DNA from: a virus
Length of the DNA: 64,000 nt
Strand: one strand, 5' to 3'
IMG/VR virus record: IMGVR_UViG_3300032053_000041
Location: 1-64,000 of that record
The position numbers and the translations under genes are program-made. Below the pieces are notes generated by a model. It saw only the letters and a list, made by a program, of their open reading frames with translations. It ran no database searches and was not told the DNA's origin. This document shows, one piece after another, positions 57,325 to 64,000 of this stretch. Position 1 is the first letter of the stretch, and each line of letters opens with the position of its first letter.

Positions 57325-58203
57325 GGCACATGAAGCAGTACAAGGTGTGGGTAGAGATCGAGGAATGTGACGAGGAAGCCGACGTCTACGTGACCGTGTC
57401 GGCGTTCCCGGTATGTGTCGGCGTGTTCGGCACGCTCGACGAGGCCGATGACGCCGTCGCGGCGCTCACGGGTCAGAGCACGAAGTGAGCACATGATCGC
57501 AGCAATCATCATCGCGGAGATCCGCCGAGCCGAGCAGGAGGATCGCATCCTGGCCGAGTGCGACGCGCTTGATCTGGCGCTCGCGGAGGCGTTCGCCTTC
57601 GACGAGGCAAGCGGCGCGTTCGCCTTCGACACGGAGGAATGTGCCGACGAGGACGCCGAGCTTCGCAAGGCCGCGCTCAGCAGGGGGCAGACGTGAGCAA
57701 GCTCTGCCCGAAGTGCCTGGGCAACAAGATCCCAGGCGTGTTCCGGCAGGACGACTGCACATGCCCTACGGTGAAACAGGTGAACTGGTCCCACGTCAGG
57801 GCTCTCCGAGAGGAGGCCGCCGCCGCTGGCGACGGCGAACAGGTGGCCGTCTGCGACCGCGCGCTTGACGGCGACGAGGATGCTTACCTCGCGTGTGTCG
57901 AGGTGATCCGGCACGCCGCCATGAGAGCAAAGGAAGACACATGAACGCGCACGGCTTCGACTTCCTGATGGGCTGTATCTTCGGCTCCGTCATCATCCCG
58001 TGGTTCACGCGCATGTTCACGAACGACGGATGGCACCTTGCTCCGAGGAAGAAGCCGCCCATCGGCGAGGAAGTGCTCGCGTACATCCCGCGCAGTGGGC
58101 GGTACGCGAACGTCGTGTATCGCGGCCCCGCCGTGGACGGAGACATCCCCGAGAACTGTCACATGTACTGGCGCCCGATGCCGAGACCACCAATGGAGGA
58201 CAC

Positions 58204-58527
58204 ATGATCATGCAGCGCAACGACGACCCCAAGACGTTCACCGAGGCGTGCATGAACACGCCCATCGGCGGCCCCGATCCGAAGCGCGTCCTGTGGGCGC
58301 ACGCAATCAACGACCCCGACGTGCTGCTCGACTGCCCAGGCACATGCCTGAAGAGCATCGAGCGCGATCCGCAGAGCGGGTACTTTCCGAAGCACCACGG
58401 GATCCTCGTGACCTACAGCGAGAAGCTCGACTACGTGCTCGTTCGCGGGCACTCGTCACCGGTCTCTCCGGCATGTGTCTGGACCGGCACGGTCGCCGAG
58501 TACGAAGCCATGTGGAAGGTGGACTGA
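58204..58527 (+). CDS. hypothetical protein
   Basis: GGAGG RBS, ATGA coupling. Confidence 0.55.
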   Translation: MIMQRNDDPKTFTEACMNTPIGGPDPKRVLWAHAINDPDVLLDCPGTCLKSIERDPQSGYFPKHHGILVTYSEKLDYVLVRGHSSPVSPACVWTGTVAEYEAMWKVD

Positions 58528-58829
58528 TGGACACTCAAGCTGCAGAGCCGCTCCGACTGCTGGCGTTCGTTCGCCCCGAACTGGACCAAGGCCCCGTGCT
58601 CTACGCCGAGGGCGAGTGGTCTATGCTCCTGCGTGGACGCGGCTCGTGGGACATCGGCGACATGAACATGCCGATGCCGCAGCGCATGGGGCTGATGGTG
58701 TTCGAGGGCTGGCACGAGACGTCGCCGACGGACCCGACCGAGCTTTCGTTCGTCGGCGCGTGGCGCGAGATGACGCACTGGGAACTGTGCCGAGCGCGGT
58801 TCGGACTGACGCCGTTTCCGAGCGAATGA
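58527..58829 (+). CDS. hypothetical protein
   Basis: TGATG coupling; GLMVFEGW. Confidence 0.55.
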   Translation: MDTQAAEPLRLLAFVRPELDQGPVLYAEGEWSMLLRGRGSWDIGDMNMPMPQRMGLMVFEGWHETSPTDPTELSFVGAWREMTHWELCRARFGLTPFPSE

Positions 58830-59053
58830 CCCCTGTTCCTGACGAAGTACGGAGAGGAAACCATGACCAAGGTCAAGATGAGTAGGAAGGCAAACGACTG
58901 CCTGCGAGCGCTTGTCGCAGAGAAGGCGCACGCGCAGTTTGGAGCGGAGGAGGCCGCGAGCATCCTCGTGCTCCACGACTCGCTCGTGGACGTCACACCC
59001 CTAACAATCGGCAGACTGATCAGGCTGCCGAGCCCGAAGAAGAGGAGCCCGCG

Positions 59054-59695
59054 GTGAGCAAGAAGAAGATGAAGAAGAAGGCGGCGCGTCGCAAGGCGCG
59101 TCCGGTGGACGCTGCCGAGGCCAAGCTACAGGTCGAGGTCGCGGAGGTACGTGCCAGCGTCGATGACGAGGCGGCCCCGGTGTGCGCCTTCGCTGGCTGC
59201 TACGCCGAGGTGCCGGGCTACGGCGACCACTGCGTGAAGCACATGCCGTCGGAACCGCACGTCGTGAGCGATCCGAGCGCCGCCGAAGAGATCGCCGCGA
59301 GCGACAACATCGTGATCCGCGAGGCGGTCGCGAAGCCGAAGTCTGCGCCCTACGTGCCGCCGCCCCCGTGCGAGCGGCCTGTGCTACCGAAGCTGGCCAA
59401 CCATCCAGACCTTGAGTTCCACACCCCGCCGGGACGCCGGGGCATGTACTGCGACGTCGCGTTCGCCATGCTGCTGGACGACGCCGACTGCGTCGGCAGC
59501 GTCATCGTGCGGCGAGTACAGGATCGTCTTGCTTCGCAGACCAGCTACATGCTGGCCGGTATCGGCGACCTGGACACGATTCAGGACACCGAGATCGCCA
59601 GCCACTACTGGCACGAGGTCACGGACGAGGAACATGCCAGCATCGCGGCATACGACCCGGACCCTGCGGAGCCGATGCCAATGGAGAACACATGA
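59054..59695 (+). CDS. hypothetical protein
   Basis: GAGGAG RBS; CxxxxC...CxxH. Confidence 0.65.
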   Translation: MSKKKMKKKAARRKARPVDAAEAKLQVEVAEVRASVDDEAAPVCAFAGCYAEVPGYGDHCVKHMPSEPHVVSDPSAAEEIAASDNIVIREAVAKPKSAPYVPPPPCERPVLPKLANHPDLEFHTPPGRRGMYCDVAFAMLLDDADCVGSVIVRRVQDRLASQTSYMLAGIGDLDTIQDTEIASHYWHEVTDEEHASIAAYDPDPAEPMPMENT

Positions 59696-59982
59696 CCGAA
59701 CCCGTCACATTCCCGTTCTTTGCCCCCGGCCGGATCGTCGCGACCCCTGGCGCGATGGCGAAGCTCACACCCGAGGACATGGCCGCTGCGCTGAAGCGCC
59801 ACGGGAGCGGGGATTGGGGCACGTGCGACGCCGAGGACAAGCACGCGAATGACATGGCCCTGCTCGACGGCGGGCGCGTGCTCTCTGTTTATCCGCTACC
59901 GGGCGACGCGAAAGAATCCTTCTGGATCATCACCGAGGCGGATCGCTCCGCCACCACCTTCCTACTACCCGAGGAGTATTGA
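59692..59982 (+). CDS. conserved plasmid/phage hypothetical protein
   Basis: IVATPGA, RHGSGDWG, WIITEADRSATTFLLPEEY. Confidence 0.8.
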   Translation: MTEPVTFPFFAPGRIVATPGAMAKLTPEDMAAALKRHGSGDWGTCDAEDKHANDMALLDGGRVLSVYPLPGDAKESFWIITEADRSATTFLLPEEY

Positions 59983-59984
59983 AC

Positions 59985-60881
59985 ATGAACAAAGACACGA
60001 TCGACGTTTTCTACTCGGACGACATGGCGTCGACCGAGCGTGTGAGCCCGAGCGCACGCAAGCCCGCAATCGTCGCGGAGGCGCTTCGGAAGTACGGACA
60101 CGTGGAGTTCCACGAGCCGACTCCGCTGAAGCCCGCGCAGTTCCATGTGGCGCACGATCCGCAGTACGTGACGGGCGTGCTCTCGCTGCGAGCCGCCAAC
60201 GGGTTCGGCACATTCTCCGCCGACGTGGCGCGTAGTCTGCCGTACACGAACGGCGCGATGCTCGACGCCGCGCGACTGGCGCTGCAGACGAGGCGCCCGA
60301 CCGCCGCTCTGTGCTCGGGATTCCACCACGCGGAGTACGCCGAGGGCGGCGGCTTCTGCACGTTCAACGGGCTGATGATCGCCGCGCTCACGCTGCTCAA
60401 GGAAGGCGCGGTCAAGAAGGTCGCGATCATCGACTGCGACCAGCACTACGGCAACGGCACCGACAACATCTTGGGGCATGTACCGAAGAGGCTGGCGGAC
60501 GGCATCTTCCATCTGACGTTCGGCGAATACTTCCGTAGGTCGCACGAGGAACCGATGTACCTCGCGCTGATGCGCGGACTGCCCGCGATCTTCGAGATGG
60601 AGAAGCCTGACCTGATTCTGTACCAGGCCGGAGCCGACGCTCACCGCGACGACCCGCTCGGCGGCGTGCTCTCGACGCACAGCATGTACCTCCGTGATCT
60701 CTACCTGTTCGACGCGGCGCTGAAAGCTGACATCCCTGTTGCGTGGAACCTCGCGGGGGGATACCAGGAGGAGAAGGACGGGAGCATCCCGAAGGTGGTC
60801 GCGCTGCACATAGGCACGTTCGAGGCGGCGCGTGCCGTGCTGCGGCAGGCACTTGCCGCGAAGTCAGCGGTCTCAGCCTGA
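59985..60881 (+). CDS. Zn-dependent histone deacetylase-family protein
   Basis: GFHHA, GGFCTFN, DCDQHYGNGT, YQAGADAHRDDPLG, AGGY. Confidence 0.92.
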   Translation: MNKDTIDVFYSDDMASTERVSPSARKPAIVAEALRKYGHVEFHEPTPLKPAQFHVAHDPQYVTGVLSLRAANGFGTFSADVARSLPYTNGAMLDAARLALQTRRPTAALCSGFHHAEYAEGGGFCTFNGLMIAALTLLKEGAVKKVAIIDCDQHYGNGTDNILGHVPKRLADGIFHLTFGEYFRRSHEEPMYLALMRGLPAIFEMEKPDLILYQAGADAHRDDPLGGVLSTHSMYLRDLYLFDAALKADIPVAWNLAGGYQEEKDGSIPKVVALHIGTFEAARAVLRQALAAKSAVSA

Positions 60882-60899
60882 ACCAAGGAGCATCGGAGC

Positions 60900-61511
60900 A
60901 TGTCCATCCAGCAGTACCTAGCGATGAGCCTCGCGATGCGCGAGGGCTGCGGCATCCCTGAGCGAGTCAAGAACATGCCCTACTCCGGCTTCGAGGACTT
61001 CGCACTGAAGGAAGGGCGCGCGTACGAGAAGGCCCCGCTCTCTGCGGAGCAGCGCAAGTATGTGCAGGCGTGCGCGAAGCTCTGGGGGAACCCGCTGGAG
61101 GTCAAGCAGTGCTTCTACAATTCGCAGATGCTCATGCTATTCGCGGACGACGAGAAGCGGCTGACCTACTGCGAGGGCTACGGCTGGCGGTTCATTCCGT
61201 GTATGCACGGATGGCTCGTGCTCGACGGCAAGCATGTGATCGACACGACGTGGCGCATGGACAAGCCCATGGGCCGCGGAGCGCTCGCGAACCGAGTGCT
61301 CGGCACATGGAACGACGAGCGCGCGTACTTCGGCGTGACGTTCTCGCGAGAGTACGTGCGCCGGTACGTGCTCGACCGCGAGCACGGAGGCTCACTGATC
61401 GACGACTTCAAGGGGGACTACCCGCTGCTCACCGGAGCAACGAAGCCGGAAGAATGGCGAGCGCCGACACATGCCGAGCGTGAGCCCGGCGGACTGTCGG
61501 CGACGGGCTGA
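60900..61511 (+). CDS. Cys-His-Asp (transglutaminase/papain-like) phage protein
   Basis: QCFYNS, YCEGY, HGWLV, VIDTTW, YFGV. Confidence 0.6.
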   Translation: MSIQQYLAMSLAMREGCGIPERVKNMPYSGFEDFALKEGRAYEKAPLSAEQRKYVQACAKLWGNPLEVKQCFYNSQMLMLFADDEKRLTYCEGYGWRFIPCMHGWLVLDGKHVIDTTWRMDKPMGRGALANRVLGTWNDERAYFGVTFSREYVRRYVLDREHGGSLIDDFKGDYPLLTGATKPEEWRAPTHAEREPGGLSATG

Positions 61512-61527
61512 ACAAAGGAAGGAACAC

Positions 61528-61797
61528 ATGACGGAAAAGAACCCGAGGCAGTACAACAGAATGAACGTGCAGAAGCACGGCACGCCGCGCGTAGCGAAGT
61601 TCTTCGCCGCTGGCGACTCGCCCCCGTGCCCCTACTGCGGGTGTCTGTGCCTCGCTCAGTGCGAGGTCGACGTCGAGGATTCGAGGCTCACGACCGGCCA
61701 CGGCAAGGGCGTGTATCTGGGGTGCCCGGCGTGCCCGTGGGCTGGACCGATGGCGACGATGGCTGTTCCGAAGCCGCAGACGAAGGAGAGCACATGA
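61528..61797 (+). CDS. zinc-ribbon protein
   Basis: CPYC...CPAC; coupled to the next gene. Confidence 0.55.
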   Translation: MTEKNPRQYNRMNVQKHGTPRVAKFFAAGDSPPCPYCGCLCLAQCEVDVEDSRLTTGHGKGVYLGCPACPWAGPMATMAVPKPQTKEST

Positions 61798-62405
61798 CGA
61801 CCGAGGACGGTTCGAGCCGGGGCGCGGACACCGAGGCAGGCGGAGTGAACGCCGAGGAAGCCAAGGCTGCAGCGTCCGGTATCGTGGATGTGATGAAAGC
61901 GGCTCTGGAAGCTGCCGTGGAAGCGGCCCCGAGACCGGAGTGGGCCTTGGCTGGCTTGCTGCTGGCCGTGCGCTCGCTTCGGACGGCGCTGCCGATCGTG
62001 CTCCCGCTGACCGAGGGCTCCATCCCGGCAACCCTGGACTTCGTGCGCGACACGTACGTGGGCGAGGCGAAGCAGGCATGTGTCGCTGTGACCACGTCCA
62101 TCCTGAATGCGCGTTGCGCGCACGCTCCTGCAGAGCAGGAGGACTACGAGGCGGTGGTGCGCGAAGCCGCCAGCTGCATCGACATGTTCCAGCGCGGCTC
62201 CGCAGTGAATCATCCCGTGACCATGCTCGTTGTCCTGTATGCGGCGAGACAGATCGCGCTCGCTCTGCTGAAGCAGCAGCACCCGGACGAGTACGAGCAC
62301 ATGTGCCTCGTTGCGAAGGCGATGGAGAACGCGGTCAAGCCGAAAGCGATCGAGATCGTGTCCGTCCCGGCCAACACACACTTCACGAAGGGAGGCGACG
62401 CTTGA
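61795..62405 (+). CDS. hypothetical helical protein
   Basis: AAGGAG RBS, MTTEDG; start approximate. Confidence 0.6.
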
Positions 62406-62786
62406 CCGTGTCCGCCAAGGACGCCCGCACCGGCACGCGCTACCGGCTCACTCGCGACCCTGGTCAGAGCTACTACGTGATCTGCAGCCCGACACAGGTG
62501 CGCACGCTGGAGAAACGTGTAGTCGGCAAGGATCAGCGCGGGATGCGTCCAGAGGACCGCAAGCTCGCGCAGGCGGTCGCTGTGTGTCAAGCGCATGGAC
62601 ATGTGCTCGCGACGCGGTGGACCCGGTTCGTGGACGACTCCGGCAAGCGCCGCGAGATGCGCGCCTACGTCGCCTTCCCCCCGGACTACCCCTTGCGCGA
62701 GGTGTCCAAGCCACCAAGTTACGGATCGGGGAAGCGCAAGGCGAAGTCCGGCACATGCGCCGACACCGAGGAAGGAGCGACATCGA

Positions 62787-63089
62787 ATGACAAAGAAGAA
62801 GCAAACGAAAGCCGAGCAGCTAGCTGAACAGGACGCGAAGGCGCAGGCTGACGAACTTGCGAGGATCATCGGATGCACGTGCGATCTACTCGATCGGTTG
62901 CTGGCGGCGGCGAAGCCGCAGTTACCAGCCGACACAGAGCCCATCGTCGAGCGAATGAAGGCGTACCTCGACAGGCGGAACCTCACGGCGGAAGATCCGT
63001 CGTGGATCACGAAGATGCGCAGGACCGTGACGAGCTACAGGACACAACGTGCTCGCCTCAGTGGTGAGGACATGTTCAAGCTCGACTGA
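62787..63089 (+). CDS. hypothetical protein
   Basis: AAGGAG RBS; ends DMFKLD. Confidence 0.6.
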   Translation: MTKKKQTKAEQLAEQDAKAQADELARIIGCTCDLLDRLLAAAKPQLPADTEPIVERMKAYLDRRNLTAEDPSWITKMRRTVTSYRTQRARLSGEDMFKLD

Positions 63090-63222
63090 GGCAGGAGGAC
63101 GAAGTGAAGAAACAGCTACCCATCGCGTTCCAGGGCGCGGTGTACCAGTGCGGCATGTGTGGCGTACAATCGACCGATCCGAGCAAGCTCTGCCTGCCGG
63201 TGCGAAAGAAGAGGGGTGTCAC

Positions 63223-63618
63223 ATGATTCAGCAACAGCTACCGATCGACTGGGACCGTCAGGACAAGCGCGAGAGCGCCAAGGCACGTGACAGCGGCATC
63301 GAGCGTGTTGCTCGGGGCTCCGGCGAGTGGCAAGTCGAAGCGTTGGCCGCGATCCGCTCGGTCGCCCGGTCGCAGATCGAAGTCACCACGGATGACGTGT
63401 GGCGCACACTGGGCCGCGACCCTGACGTGGAGGGGCGCGCGATGGGGGCCGCGATGCGTGTGGCGGCGAAACTCGGGCTCGTCCAGAAGACGGACACGAC
63501 TCGCAAGAGCGTGCGCGTCGCCTGTCACCGGCGCGACCTGCGGGTGTGGCGGTCACTCATTCACGGCGGGGGACGGACGCTCGTCGAGGTGCTCGCGAAC
63601 GACACGGAGGGCACATGA
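63223..63618 (+). CDS. hypothetical protein, wHTH-like
   Basis: TTDDVW...RAMGAAMRVAAKLGLVQKT...HRRDLRVWRS. Confidence 0.65.
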   Translation: MIQQQLPIDWDRQDKRESAKARDSGIERVARGSGEWQVEALAAIRSVARSQIEVTTDDVWRTLGRDPDVEGRAMGAAMRVAAKLGLVQKTDTTRKSVRVACHRRDLRVWRSLIHGGGRTLVEVLANDTEGT

Positions 63619-64000
63619 TGGCCGGGAAGTTGTACAAGTGCTGGTACGACGACAACGAGGAGGATGACGATCCGGTGTCCATCGCCGCGAGCGACCCGAG
63701 GGGGGCAGCGGAACAGTTCGTCGAGCGCGACTGGGAGGGCGGCGCGGAGTGGTACTTCGTGATGGTCCGCGACGGGGAAGACGTGTCCCGATGGAAGGTG
63801 ACCGTGGAGACGACGACGGAGTTCACCGCGCGCCGATCGAAGGAGAAGACATGACCGTGCGGAGACTGCCCATCGCCGCCATCCTGGGAGCATGTGCCCT
63901 GGCCTGCGGAGGGAGCGAGTTCAGCGGGGGCGCCGACCTGCATGACCTGGCTGACTCCGGCTCAGGATCCGCAGGCACATATTCTCAGGACGGAGGTGGG

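Larger units (their letters stand above)
49061..58849. promoter_or_regulatory. seven copies of 20-bp motif CCCCTGTTCCYnnCnAAGTA (putative virus-specific early promoter)
   Basis: Minus: 49061-49080, 52587-52606, 53005-53024; plus: 53142-53161, 53773-53792, 55333-55352, 58830-58849; all upstream of starts and pointing away from ~53070. Confidence 0.8.

Overview
A gene-dense, high-GC (roughly two-thirds by eye) bacterial virus or provirus fragment. I found no rRNA, canonical tRNA, CRISPR array, integrase, terminase, portal, HK97 capsid or tail-tube gene. Layout: (i) 1-14.1 kb, minus strand: RuvC, a block of protein-modifying enzymes (two ADP-ribosyltransferase-like, a GNAT-kinase fusion, a GNAT-like protein) and a lambdoid-type replication module (initiator with internal iterons, DnaC-like loader, DnaB, RHH regulator). 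(ii) 14.4-42.3 kb, mostly plus strand: an adenine MTase, probable virion, membrane and fibre proteins, two multi-copy protein families I do not recognise, and several membrane-anchored cell-wall hydrolases. (iii) 42.3-64 kb: two divergent arms of small early-type genes (HD hydrolase, FkbM MTase, MoxR AAA/VWA pair, HDAC) pointing away from an AT-rich centre at ~53.07 kb, with seven copies of a 20-bp motif CCCCTGTTCCYnnCnAAGTA. The standout is 17.95-20.97 kb: 11 micro gene cassettes, each starting at an invariant RTGAAGCA core that fuses a stop and a start codon. The cores have conserved, partly inverted-repeat arms, and one cassette is duplicated exactly core-to-core. This looks like an integron-like or site-specific-recombination cassette array with an unfamiliar site, and no recombinase is visible in the window. 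Other signals: a shared C-terminal F-x-L-[DE] tag on early proteins, about 100 CACATG/CATGTG sites enriched in the early region, 9-bp-periodic GCTAGC operators, and T-loop/tRNA-like RNA elements. All calls come from reading the sequence; no searches were run.
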